Part shown: one piece after another, positions 37,853 through 47,340 of the stretch
How positions within the stretch are numbered: position 1 is the first letter of the stretch
How the letters are laid out: each line of letters opens with the position of its first letter
DNA from: Candidatus Zixiibacteriota bacterium
Lineage (GTDB): Bacteria > Zixibacteria > MSB-5A5 > UBA10806 > 4484-95
NCBI GenBank assembly: GCA_037441845.1
Contig: JBBIRK010000002.1
Span: forward strand, 286,854-350,853
Direction: 5' to 3'
Length of the DNA stretch: 64,000 bases
Translations under genes and position numbers: made by a program
The notes under the pieces: model-generated
The model's database searches: none
Seen by the model: only the letters and a program-made list of their open reading frames with translations
Told to the model about the DNA's origin: nothing

Positions 37853-38649
37853 GGATCGGCGAGGAGCCGTTCATTATCGCCGGTCCGTGCGCGGTGGAGT
37901 CGAGGGAGATCGCGTTTCGAGCCGCCGAGGAGATCAAGAAGGTGGAATCGGCGGTGGGGATAAGTTTCATTTACAAGTCATCATATGCCAAAGCCAACCG
38001 ATTATCGGTTGAATCGTTCGCCACGATCGGCAAGGCGGCGGCGTTGGAGATACTGGCCGAAGTCAAGCGGCAATTCGAGCTGCCGATATTGACCGACGTC
38101 CACGCCACCGACGAAATCGCGGATGCGGCTGCTGTAGCCGACTGTCTTCAGATACCGGCGTTTCTCTGCCGCCAGACGGAGCTCGTGCAAGCGGCCGCTG
38201 CGACCGGAATGCCGGTGAATATAAAAAAAGGGCAATTCATGGCGCCCGACGATATGGACAAGATCGCGCGCAAGGCGACGGCGGTCGGGAATTCCAAAGT
38301 GATGTTGACGGAACGCGGGACATCTTTCGGTTATCACGATTTGATCGTGGATTTTCGTTCGCTGGTAACGATGGCGGGATTCGGCTGGCCGGTGATTTTC
38401 GACTGCACGCATGCGGTGCAAAAACCGGGTGCCGGAGGGGGCCATTCGGGAGGCGATCGGGTATTCATTTTGCCGTTGGCCAAGGCCGCGGCGGCGGTGG
38501 GAATAGACGGCCTATTCGTGGAAACGCATCCCGATCCGAGGAACGCCCTGAGCGATAAAGATTGCCAGTTGCCTTTGAGCGATCTGCGGCGATTCATATC
38601 GGAAGTGGCGGAAATCTGGCGTCATTCGAATCGGATCGACTGGACTTGA
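37819..38649 (+). CDS. kdsA: 3-deoxy-8-phosphooctulonate synthase
   Basis: IIAGPCAVES ... FKSS motifs. Confidence 0.9.
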   Translation: MAEIRFKIGQVGIGEEPFIIAGPCAVESREIAFRAAEEIKKVESAVGISFIYKSSYAKANRLSVESFATIGKAAALEILAEVKRQFELPILTDVHATDEIADAAAVADCLQIPAFLCRQTELVQAAAATGMPVNIKKGQFMAPDDMDKIARKATAVGNSKVMLTERGTSFGYHDLIVDFRSLVTMAGFGWPVIFDCTHAVQKPGAGGGHSGGDRVFILPLAKAAAAVGIDGLFVETHPDPRNALSDKDCQLPLSDLRRFISEVAEIWRHSNRIDWT

Positions 38650-38712
38650 AGTCGAAGGGATCGGAACCGAATTCATCTCCGTTCTTGAAATCAATTCTTT
38701 CAATTAAGATAT

Positions 38713-38741
38713 TGACAATTATCCGCAGCGGTAATAAGTTC
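38713..38741 (+). promoter_or_regulatory. sigma70-like promoter TTGACA-N17-TAAGTT for the Cas6-like gene
   Basis: Hexamers at 38713-38718 and 38736-38741; SD AAGGAG 5 nt before the GTG start at 38792. Confidence 0.4.
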
Positions 38742-38791
38742 AATGCGATTTTTGGCAGAGTTGCAGTGCAGACTCATTCAAAGGAGTAATT

Positions 38792-39430
38792 GTGCTGGAA
38801 GTCAACTATCTGCTTTTGACTTTAAGGACTGATAGACAAGTTAAGTTGGGAACCTCTCCCCTGTCGGTTTTTATATCTTCGGCCTATCAAAAAGAATTCG
38901 GTCAGATTTCGCATACGCTTTCCGGCGGAAGCTACCCGTTGTTGCAATATAAAGTGATCAGGGGGTCTCCTTTGATTGTGGCGATCAACGAGGGGCGGGA
39001 TTTATTGTGGAAAATCTACGATGATCTCGACAGCATCGATTGCAAAGGCGAATTCGTCATACTCGAAAAGCGCATAATCGAGAAAAAGGCGATGCTGGGT
39101 CCCACGGAGAGACGATTGAAATACCGCTTTTTGACTCCCTGGCTTACGATAACCGAGGCGGAATTGGCCAAGCAAGGCGGAACGGCATCGTTGGAGGAGG
39201 CGTTATTGCCGGTAATCGAAAGCAATCTTCGGGGGCTGTCGCGCAATTTCCACATTCCACTGGAGCAGCCGATAAGCGCGGGTTTCCATCTGCGGAGCGA
39301 GCATATCGTCCAGAAAGAATCGGGAATTATGGGGTTCCTCGGGACTTTTTACATCAACTACGAGATTCCGCAGTTTCTGGGTTTGGGCCGCGGCGTAAGC
39401 CGGGGATTCGGAACAGTCAAGCAAAGTTAA
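38792..39430 (+). CDS. Cas6-like RAMP endoribonuclease homolog (solo, no array)
   Basis: 212 aa; C-terminal glycine-rich loop GLGRGVSRGFG matches the Cas6 GhGxxxxxGhG signature; beta-strand N-terminus with His41. Assignment is motif-based only. Confidence 0.4.
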   Translation: MLEVNYLLLTLRTDRQVKLGTSPLSVFISSAYQKEFGQISHTLSGGSYPLLQYKVIRGSPLIVAINEGRDLLWKIYDDLDSIDCKGEFVILEKRIIEKKAMLGPTERRLKYRFLTPWLTITEAELAKQGGTASLEEALLPVIESNLRGLSRNFHIPLEQPISAGFHLRSEHIVQKESGIMGFLGTFYINYEIPQFLGLGRGVSRGFGTVKQS

Positions 39431-39604
39431 CTAAGAGATATTCCCCTATCTGCTATAAGTGGAACCTTAGGCGGCGCCGGAAGGGGGTGTTCAGTTTTTT
39501 CGGCGGCCCAGGTGAAAGTTCCGAGATAAATCAGGACTGCTGTCGCTTAGCGGTTGACATGTTCTTTTTTCTCCAGTTTATTGATACCAGTTCTGGAGGT
39601 GCAG

Positions 39605-41278
39605 ATGGATTTGTCCAAGATTAAAGCTCCCCGAGGTAGAGCGATTACCTGTAAATCGTGGCAGACCGAGGGAGCGTTCAGGATGTTGTTGAACAATCTC
39701 GATGCGGAGGTGGGGGAGAATCCGCAGGAACTGATCGTTTACGGCGGCAAGGGAAAAGCGGCGCGGGACGTTCGGTGTCTCAAGGGGATTTTGAAGTCGT
39801 TGGTGGAGCTCGAACCGGACGAGACCCTGGCGGTTCAATCGGGAAAGCCGGTGGGGATATTTCGCACGCATACCTGGGCTCCGCGGGTGATAATAGCCAA
39901 CAGCAACATGGTGCCGGCCTGGGCGACGCCGGAAAAATTCAGGGAACTCGAGCGGCTGGGCTTGATAATGTTCGGGCAAATGACCGCGGGGTCGTGGATT
40001 TATATCGGCACGCAGGGGATTTTGCAGGGGACATACGAGACATTCGCGGCGGCCGGTAGAAAACATTTCGGCGGTGATTTGAGAGGCAGGTTCGTGTTGA
40101 CCGGTGGAATGGGCGGGATGGGAGGCGCCCAGCCGTTGGCGGCCACGATGAACGGGGCGGCGATTCTCGTGGTCGAGGTGGACCCGGCGAGGATTAAAAG
40201 GCGGCTGGAAACCGGATACTGTGACTTGATGGAAACCGATCTCGACAACGCCCTGACCAAAATAGAGGCTGCGGTCAGGCAGCGAAGACCGGTTTCGATA
40301 GGGCTGGCGGCGAATGCGGCCGATGTTTTTCCCGAGCTTTTGCGCAGAGGAATAATTCCTGATCTGGTCACGGATCAAACATCGGCGCACGACGAGCTGA
40401 ACGGCTATGTGCCTTCGGGGCTGAGCCTGGAAGAGGCAAAGAGCTTGCGAACGACCGATCCGGACAAATACATAGCCAAAGCTTACGAATCGATGGTCAA
40501 GCATTGTCAGGCGATGGTTGAGATGCAAAAAAGAGGCGCCCATGTTTTCGATTACGGGAACAACCTTCGCGGGCAAGCCCAGAAAGCCGGCCTGAAGGAG
40601 GCTTTTGCTTATCCGGGTTTCGTGCCGGCTTACATAAGAGACCTGTTCTGCGAAGGCAAAGGGCCTTTTCGCTGGGCGGCGCTTTCGGGCGATCCTCGTG
40701 ACATCGCCGCCACCGATAAGATGGTCTTGCGCTTGTTTCCGGAAAACGAATCACTGAACAGATGGATCAAACTGGCGAAGGAAAAAGTGCATTTCCAGGG
40801 GTTGCCGGCGCGGATATGCTGGCTCGGTTACGGTGAGAGGGATAAGATGGGGCTGGAGATAAACGCGGCGGTTCGTAACGGCAAAATCGGGGCGCCGATC
40901 GTTATCGGTCGGGATCATCTCGACTGCGGATCGGTGGCATCGCCGTACCGCGAAACCGAAGCGATGAAAGACGGCTCCGATTGTATCGCCGATTGGCCCA
41001 TTTTGAATGCGCTTTTGAACACCGCCAGCGGGGCTTCATGGGTGAGTTTCCATCACGGAGGCGGAGTCGGAATCGGTCTGGCGCTTCATGCGGGGCAGGT
41101 TCTCGTATGCGACGGCGATCCGGAGATGGACCCGAGAATCGAAAGAGTATTGACCAACGATCCGGGAATGGGAATCGCCCGGCATGTCGATGCCGGTTAT
41201 GAGGAAGCCATAAGGGTCGCCGACCAGCGGGGGGTCAAGATTCCGATGAGACTTTATAAAAATGCCATCGACCAGTAA
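39605..41278 (+). CDS. hutU: urocanate hydratase
   Basis: Full-length urocanase pattern ([14 protein letters not shown] site). Confidence 0.9.
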   Translation: MDLSKIKAPRGRAITCKSWQTEGAFRMLLNNLDAEVGENPQELIVYGGKGKAARDVRCLKGILKSLVELEPDETLAVQSGKPVGIFRTHTWAPRVIIANSNMVPAWATPEKFRELERLGLIMFGQMTAGSWIYIGTQGILQGTYETFAAAGRKHFGGDLRGRFVLTGGMGGMGGAQPLAATMNGAAILVVEVDPARIKRRLETGYCDLMETDLDNALTKIEAAVRQRRPVSIGLAANAADVFPELLRRGIIPDLVTDQTSAHDELNGYVPSGLSLEEAKSLRTTDPDKYIAKAYESMVKHCQAMVEMQKRGAHVFDYGNNLRGQAQKAGLKEAFAYPGFVPAYIRDLFCEGKGPFRWAALSGDPRDIAATDKMVLRLFPENESLNRWIKLAKEKVHFQGLPARICWLGYGERDKMGLEINAAVRNGKIGAPIVIGRDHLDCGSVASPYRETEAMKDGSDCIADWPILNALLNTASGASWVSFHHGGGVGIGLALHAGQVLVCDGDPEMDPRIERVLTNDPGMGIARHVDAGYEEAIRVADQRGVKIPMRLYKNAIDQ

Positions 41279-41399
41279 GGCGTATTCGGGATAAAGCATT
41301 CGGTGGCGAGACGGAAGACCGCATGATAGCAATTATCACGCGCTAGAATGAGAAACATTCGAATATTCAGGCGATTATCGAAGATAGGAAATCAGCTGG

Positions 41400-41867
41400 T
41401 TACTTACCGAGTAAAGTCCGGGTGTAATTGAGCAGTCCGCCGGATTGGATTATTTTGCCGATCGGCTCCGGGATTGATTCGAAGCGGATAGCTCCTCCTC
41501 GACGCTGGATTTCATTTTTAACGAAATCGAGTTCGATCTCTTCGTGGTTTTTTAATCCGGCCGAGGCGATGTCACATTCCACCGGCGTTATCCCCACGGA
41601 GACGAGGATTCTATAAAACAGCGGAGGAATCCGTGAGGCGACGAGGGCAAACACATTGTTTTCTTTAAGGGCTGCGGCCATTGCCTCTCCCCTGTCCAGG
41701 TACAGGGCGAATGGCAAAAAGTCGTGATAGTCGTCGATAACCAAGGCAATCGGAGGTTGCGGCCCACTTCTTTCCCTGATAATTGATTGGAAGAGATCTT
41801 GGGGCTCGCCGGCAAGCGAGAAATCTTTGTCCGCGAAAAGAACGGACGCTTTCAAATTCCGAATCAA
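41400..41867 (-). CDS. LeuD-like aconitase swivel-domain protein, active-site motif degenerate
   Basis: Colinear with LeuD (VFALVASRIPPLFYRILVSVGITPVEC; C-terminal GGLLNYTR) but GCGSSREHA is replaced by IDDYHDFLP. Confidence 0.6.
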   Translation of the reverse strand: MIRNLKASVLFADKDFSLAGEPQDLFQSIIRERSGPQPPIALVIDDYHDFLPFALYLDRGEAMAAALKENNVFALVASRIPPLFYRILVSVGITPVECDIASAGLKNHEEIELDFVKNEIQRRGGAIRFESIPEPIGKIIQSGGLLNYTRTLLGK

Positions 41868-43450
41868 AGCAAGTATTTCCTCGGGTCGGTGACGGCGCCA
41901 TCGACCGCCGAGGCTGCGGCGGTGGCGGCCGAAGTAACGTATATTTCATTTACGCTGTCGCCGCAGAAGGAGGTCGCGACCACCCGTTCGGCGTCACCGG
42001 TCGGCCACTCGCTACGACTGCAGCCGGGACTGGATACCACGCAGCCCGATTCGATAAATGACCGGATAAATCCCTTTTCGACCGCCTCGAGATAGGTTTT
42101 TCGAGATCCCGGAACGATTATGACCTGAACGTCCCGGCTGATATGTCTTCCCCGCAAAATCGCGGCGGCCAGAGCAAAATCATCGAGGGAACCACCGTGG
42201 CAGCCGCCGATGATTACGGTATCTATTTTTCGCCCGGCGAATTCCTCGGCTGCTTTGATTTTGGGTTTCGAACTTTCCCTCCCCTTTTCCCGACTCGCCA
42301 CCAAGGGCGTCAAATAGCCTATATTGATTTCCATTTCGTCGGCGTATCGCGCATCCGGGTCGGCATTCAATGGGGTTAATTTTTGCCGGTAATACTTGCG
42401 CAGGTTTTTCCAGGAGATTTCGTCTAAATGCACACTGACAGCCGCCGCGGCCGGTTTGAAAACGGGACCGGCCAGTGTCAATCTGGAGAATAAGGACAAG
42501 GTCGAGACGACATCTCCGAATATTTCGATCGCTTTTCCGGCGACGACATGATGGAACAGATCATGTTCGAGTTTTAGGGCGATATCGGCGGCGGAAAGGC
42601 CACGCGGGATTTTGCCGGTGAGCACGACTTTGACGGTCGGTGGGATTTTATACCAAATTCTTCCAATGGCCCATATGGAGGCCAATTCGAGAGCGGCGGC
42701 CGGCAAACCCACAGCTCCGATTCCGCCGCAGGAGGATACATAGGCGTTCGAGCCGAATACCAGGTCGCCCGGTTTGGCCAGCCCCTGTTCGCAGACAATT
42801 TGGTGAGGGACCCCCGAGCCGCAATCGAAAAAATTTCCGATGCCCTGTTTGCGAGCCCAATCGCGCAGTGATTTGGGCGTGACATGATCATCGACGGCAA
42901 TGGGGGAAATTCGCTGATCGAGGACGGCTACGATTTTATTGTTATCCCAGATTCTGGCCGCGCCGATTTTCTTGAAATGGCCGAGCACGGTCGTGATTTC
43001 GGCGCCGCAGGTAACCAGATCGGGCGTTAATTCGACGGTATCCCCCTCTTCGACGGATTTCAGACCGGCTTTGCGGGCGATAATTTTTTGGATGAGGGTT
43101 TCTTTGCGGGAATTGCGTGATCGCCGCGGGATATCCAACAGCGGCAATTCAAGTTGCCTGAATTTCAATTGTTGGGGTTTGGATTTGATGTTGTATTTGA
43201 TGCGCCATTGCCGGAACGCCGGGCCGGTGATTTCCAGTTCGGCGCCTGCCAAGCGGTCGTTGCCGTATCGTTCCCAGAGGTCGAGGATGGTTTCCCGGGA
43301 ATATTTCGGCTGGCTGAAGGCGGGAATTCCTTTTTTGCTGCGCCAGTAGGCGACCAGCCTACCGGGGACGCCGAAGAACTCGCCGATTTTCCTGTCAGTG
43401 CGGTATTTTTTTTGAAGCTCTAAAAGCTCGTGCTTTTTGGGTATTTTCAC
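41864..43450 (-). CDS. LeuC/aconitase-large-subunit-like protein with N-terminal basic HTH-like extension; catalytic residues lost
   Basis: GSGVPHQIVCEQGLAKPGDLVFGSNAYV (aligns to GxGIxHQ...GADSHT with D/S/H lost); IIGGCHGG in place of IGSCTN; PGCSRS in place of PGCGPC; first ~110 aa resemble a basic helix-turn-helix (IGEFFGVPGRLVAYWRSKKGIP). Confidence 0.6.
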   Translation of the reverse strand: MKIPKKHELLELQKKYRTDRKIGEFFGVPGRLVAYWRSKKGIPAFSQPKYSRETILDLWERYGNDRLAGAELEITGPAFRQWRIKYNIKSKPQQLKFRQLELPLLDIPRRSRNSRKETLIQKIIARKAGLKSVEEGDTVELTPDLVTCGAEITTVLGHFKKIGAARIWDNNKIVAVLDQRISPIAVDDHVTPKSLRDWARKQGIGNFFDCGSGVPHQIVCEQGLAKPGDLVFGSNAYVSSCGGIGAVGLPAAALELASIWAIGRIWYKIPPTVKVVLTGKIPRGLSAADIALKLEHDLFHHVVAGKAIEIFGDVVSTLSLFSRLTLAGPVFKPAAAAVSVHLDEISWKNLRKYYRQKLTPLNADPDARYADEMEINIGYLTPLVASREKGRESSKPKIKAAEEFAGRKIDTVIIGGCHGGSLDDFALAAAILRGRHISRDVQVIIVPGSRKTYLEAVEKGFIRSFIESGCVVSSPGCSRSEWPTGDAERVVATSFCGDSVNEIYVTSAATAAASAVDGAVTDPRKYLL

Positions 43451-43938
43451 TTTTTCAAAATTTTGACAAAGTGTTTTTTCAATGAATCGTAAATTTCCTC
43501 AAGCGCGAACGATTGAACTTTCGTTTTGCCGATTACGGGCATGAAATTGGTGTCTCCAAGGAAACGCGGAACGACATGAATGTGAAGATGCTCCTTTATG
43601 CTCGAACCGGCGACCTCGCCGATATTGATGCCGATATTGAGGCCATCGGCGGGCATGGCGGCGAAAAGCAATTTATTTGCCAGGATCATCAATTCGAACA
43701 TTTCGGCCTGTTCTTCTTTGGTCAGGCTTTCGAGCTTGGCTTTATGCGCATTCGGAGCGATCATAAGATGGCCGCTGTTATAAGGGTATTTATTGAGGAT
43801 GATGAACGAATGTCGTCCCCGGTAAAGAATGAGATTTTTGCGATCATCTTTTTGCCTGAGCCTGCTGCAGAAGATGCATTTTTTTTCGGGTTTGCCCTTG
43901 ATATATACAGCGCGCCACGGCGCCCAAAGCTCGGCCAT
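43447..43938 (-). CDS. HIT family protein (histidine triad nucleotide hydrolase/transferase)
   Basis: CIFC N-terminus, HLHIHVVPR histidine triad. Confidence 0.85.
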   Translation of the reverse strand: MAELWAPWRAVYIKGKPEKKCIFCSRLRQKDDRKNLILYRGRHSFIILNKYPYNSGHLMIAPNAHKAKLESLTKEEQAEMFELMILANKLLFAAMPADGLNIGINIGEVAGSSIKEHLHIHVVPRFLGDTNFMPVIGKTKVQSFALEEIYDSLKKHFVKILKK

Positions 43939-44092
43939 GCGATAAGAATAACGACCGGATTCGCAAAATCAAGAAAATAATTTCAGCGGATACAATCCGC
44001 ATTTTTGGAATTTTCGTTGAAATCGAGCGCCTAAGAGAGGTTTTGAAGGACCGGGGTATTTCGGATCAGCGATCGGGGGAATGTGATAGTGT

Positions 44093-46195
44093 TCAGGCGC
44101 CGAGCTCGACGAGATGGTCGGCGTAGCTGTCGAGCCGGTTGCCGGAGGTAAGAAGCAATATCTGCCTTCCCGTCGAGAGCTGTTTCAGGATTTTCATGGT
44201 TTTGTCGAGACGCTGGGGATCGAGACATTCGAACGGCTCATCGAGGATAAGCGGAGCTTTGGCCTGATTGGCCATGATTTCGGTGAGCGCCAGCCTGGCG
44301 GTCAAATAGACTTGATCGGCGGTGGCGCGGGAAAGTTCGCTTTCAGGATCGACGTAATCGTTTTTTTGTTTGGAGAAGACCTTGAATTTAAGCGACGCCC
44401 TGTCGAAACGAACACTGTCGTAGCGGCCGTCGGTCATCGCCGCCAGCAATTCGGATGTGCGGTTTTCCAATAATTCGAGGGTCGAAATCATGATGTTTTG
44501 GCGGGCGATTTCAACGCATTCCTTGGTGAGTCCCAAGATGGCGAGTTCCTCGACATATTTCATTTTGCGCAGGGTCAATTCTTCTTTGCGTTCGAGATAG
44601 CTTGCCAGAAGCTCCGCGCCGCCTTCGGCGGTTTCGAGTTTGCGACGTAAGACGGCGATTTCGTTCTCGAGAGCCGATTTTTGTTCGGAGGTTTGGTCGA
44701 CCACATGCTTAAGTCGGTTGATTTCAGCCTGATCGAATTGCTTCCCTTGGGAGATTTTTATCGCCTCTTTGATCTCGCCCTCTCTGAGTCGCAATTGGCG
44801 GCATCTGTTTTCGAGCGTTTCCAGATCGGATTCGCCGAGCGCCGATTTTTGCAGTTCTTTTTCGTGACGCAATTGATTTTCGAGCTCATCCCGTTTCCAG
44901 GCGATCTGGCGGATTTGTTCGGCGCTGTTTATGTGATATTTGGACAGCAAAGCCTTCAGCTCGGCGGTTTGGTCATCGTATTCCTTTTTGCTTTCAGCCA
45001 GCCGATTCGATTTTTGTGTCAACTGGCCTTGTAGAAAAGACCTCAGCTGGAAGAATCTCGAAAATGAAAAGACGGTTATCATGAGAAAGGCAACGGCGGC
45101 TCCGCCGAAATAAAGGTGGCGGCCGGTAAAATGGAGCAGATAATCGGCCACGGCGAAACCCGATGCGCCGAGTGCGCAGATCGCCCAGAGCAATAGCGGG
45201 CCGATTTTTCGATTTCGTTGAAGCTCATGTTCGGCCTGGACCGCCTCTTTTTCCAGTTCTCTCAGTTTCGGCCGTAGATATTTGAGATTGGATTCGATTT
45301 CTTCGATGCGTTCGCGGTCTTCCGGGGAGACTCTGGTCAGTTCGGACAATTGTTTTTCGATTTCGGAGATTTTGCCGGTGACGGATTTGGCCATTTCGAG
45401 TTTGTTGGATATTTCGTCGAGCTCGCGTCCCACCTCGACCAGTTCGCTCAGTGATTTTTCCTGCTCGGTCATCTGATCGAGCGTCTGCTTTTTGTTGGTG
45501 TAGTCCTCGATTATATTGGCATAGGCCGTTTCCACCTGAGCCAGCGAGTTGCGATAGGTTTTCAGATTGGCGATGTCGCGCTTGAGGTTTTCGATATTGT
45601 AATCGATTTCGCTCTGGCTTTTTTCGAGGCGTTTCAGAAATCCCGAATCCGCGCCGGTGATGTTCTCTATGCGATCGTCTATTTTTACCTGAACGGAAGA
45701 GGCCGCCAGATCCTGTTGGCCGCCGGTCACCAGTGATTCCAGCTTATCGCGGATCGCCTCGAGTGAATCGTCTATGCGGGCTATTTCCCCTTGTTTTACG
45801 CAAGCGGTAGCCCGGAACAGTTCGGCCGATGGGAAGCCCACGGCGCCGGAAATCATTTCGAAAATTTTATGCGAATCGTCGATGGTCAAGTTGAGGCCGT
45901 CGCTTTTGAGGACGGAAGCGCCGGTGCCCAGGTTTTTTTCTACGATGGCGGAAAATCCGGCGGTCGATAATTCGGCTTTCAGCAAAGGCACATCGGAACC
46001 GGACCAGTTTTTCAGAGCCGCCGACTCGTTATCGATTGCTCCGGGTTTGCCATAGAGCAAAGTGGAGATAGCGGCGACGATCGTGCTCTTGCCGGCCTCA
46101 TTGGGCCCTTTTATGACATTGATTCCATCGCCCAGATCGCAGTGGAATCGTTTGAACCGTCCGAAATTCTCGATTGTAAGTTCGTTTATTTTCAT
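44093..46195 (-). CDS. SbcC/Rad50-like AAA ATPase (YhaN-like) with long coiled coil and two central TM helices
   Basis: Walker A GPNEAGKST; coiled coil; hydrophobic pair LLLWAICALGASGFAVADYLL / AAVAFLMITVFSF; Walker B LILDEP; signature LSRAT rather than LSGGQ; H-loop His absent. Confidence 0.75.
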   Translation of the reverse strand: MKINELTIENFGRFKRFHCDLGDGINVIKGPNEAGKSTIVAAISTLLYGKPGAIDNESAALKNWSGSDVPLLKAELSTAGFSAIVEKNLGTGASVLKSDGLNLTIDDSHKIFEMISGAVGFPSAELFRATACVKQGEIARIDDSLEAIRDKLESLVTGGQQDLAASSVQVKIDDRIENITGADSGFLKRLEKSQSEIDYNIENLKRDIANLKTYRNSLAQVETAYANIIEDYTNKKQTLDQMTEQEKSLSELVEVGRELDEISNKLEMAKSVTGKISEIEKQLSELTRVSPEDRERIEEIESNLKYLRPKLRELEKEAVQAEHELQRNRKIGPLLLWAICALGASGFAVADYLLHFTGRHLYFGGAAVAFLMITVFSFSRFFQLRSFLQGQLTQKSNRLAESKKEYDDQTAELKALLSKYHINSAEQIRQIAWKRDELENQLRHEKELQKSALGESDLETLENRCRQLRLREGEIKEAIKISQGKQFDQAEINRLKHVVDQTSEQKSALENEIAVLRRKLETAEGGAELLASYLERKEELTLRKMKYVEELAILGLTKECVEIARQNIMISTLELLENRTSELLAAMTDGRYDSVRFDRASLKFKVFSKQKNDYVDPESELSRATADQVYLTARLALTEIMANQAKAPLILDEPFECLDPQRLDKTMKILKQLSTGRQILLLTSGNRLDSYADHLVELGA

Positions 46196-46196
46196 G

Positions 46197-47315
46197 TCAC
46201 CAGATTTTTTGCCCGGCCAAAAGCGAGTAGCCGATTTTAATTGACTTTTCGAGACGCATTTTTTCCTGCGCGTTGGCTTGTTTGAGCCTGGCGGTCATGA
46301 AACGGAGATATTGACCAAGCAGGGTTTTTTCGGCAACTTTCACTTCACTGACGTTATCCGGGAAGACGATCATATCGTCGATGATATCGAGGTAAAGAAA
46401 ATCGTTTTCGAGGAGGCGATAGACGGTCTCCGGTTCGAGTTCAGCCTCGAACAGCGCCAGACCTTTAAGTTTCAGACGAAGCAAGACGTCGGAACCGGCT
46501 TGAGCTTTGAGTTTGGCATATAGGTCGTTGTTATTGGTAATATCCTTGGCGTCATAAACGAGATTTTTCCACTCGAGGCGGCCGATCGGAACCTGATTTT
46601 GGCGGATTGACCTCGGGGCGACTATTTCGGTCACCACGATGAATCCGGCGCGGTCATCCTCGAAAGAGATCCGCTCGGGCGAACCGCAATGGGCGATGCG
46701 GATGTCCGGCAGAGCGTAATCGTGGAAAGAGGTCTTCCCGCCCAGGGCGATATAATCGAAGCGGCCGAGCAAAGCCCTGAACTGTTCGGTGAGCTCGTTC
46801 AAGAAATCGGCTTTGGGCAAGCAACCGAGCAGTAGATTGAATCCGGTATCCGGCAACGGGCTGACGCTTCGCACCAATTCAAGAAAATCGTGTTCGGTCG
46901 TAAGCGGCGCGCCATAGACCATGCAATTTTTTTCGGGCAGTGCAATGGAAGGTCGCTTTTTATCGAGCAAAATATGGATATTACCTGGCGGCTGCGGCCC
47001 CGAGAAAGTCCGCCAAAAGGCGTTATCATTGGCGCCGTCGCGTATGCCCGGAAGTATGACGACCGGCATCGGCGCCAGCGATGCCAATCCGCCGGCGGCG
47101 AATCTTTGCAAATTATTGGAGACATCCACGGTGTCGAACAGGTTGCCGGCTATCAAGAGCAGATCGGCTTTCTCGTGGCGGGCATATTCGATAATGTTGC
47201 AAAAGGCGTTTTTCAAGGCGGCCCTTATTTTGTCGCCGGCCAATTTCAGCCCGACAAAAGAGGCCCCCAGCCGGATATCGGAAGTGTGAACGATCTTCAT
47301 AGGAAACGCTCGCAC
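46197..47315 (-). CDS. SbcD/Mre11-like metallophosphoesterase homolog with substituted metal ligands (YhaO-like, predicted inactive)
   Basis: HTSDIRLG (versus HTSDxHLG), AGNLFD (versus GDxFD), LPGIRD (versus GNHD). Alternative start at MKIV (47300). Confidence 0.7.
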   Translation of the reverse strand: MRAFPMKIVHTSDIRLGASFVGLKLAGDKIRAALKNAFCNIIEYARHEKADLLLIAGNLFDTVDVSNNLQRFAAGGLASLAPMPVVILPGIRDGANDNAFWRTFSGPQPPGNIHILLDKKRPSIALPEKNCMVYGAPLTTEHDFLELVRSVSPLPDTGFNLLLGCLPKADFLNELTEQFRALLGRFDYIALGGKTSFHDYALPDIRIAHCGSPERISFEDDRAGFIVVTEIVAPRSIRQNQVPIGRLEWKNLVYDAKDITNNNDLYAKLKAQAGSDVLLRLKLKGLALFEAELEPETVYRLLENDFLYLDIIDDMIVFPDNVSEVKVAEKTLLGQYLRFMTARLKQANAQEKMRLEKSIKIGYSLLAGQKIW

Positions 47316-47340
47316 TTATGTTATCGGCAGAAGCGGCGGC

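Noticed and set aside
43985-44010. GCGGAT-aca-ATCCGC hairpin between the HIT start and the SbcC-like stop as a terminator
   Set aside because: The stem is only 6 bp and the flanking T-run is weak on the relevant (minus) strand, so I cannot distinguish it from chance.
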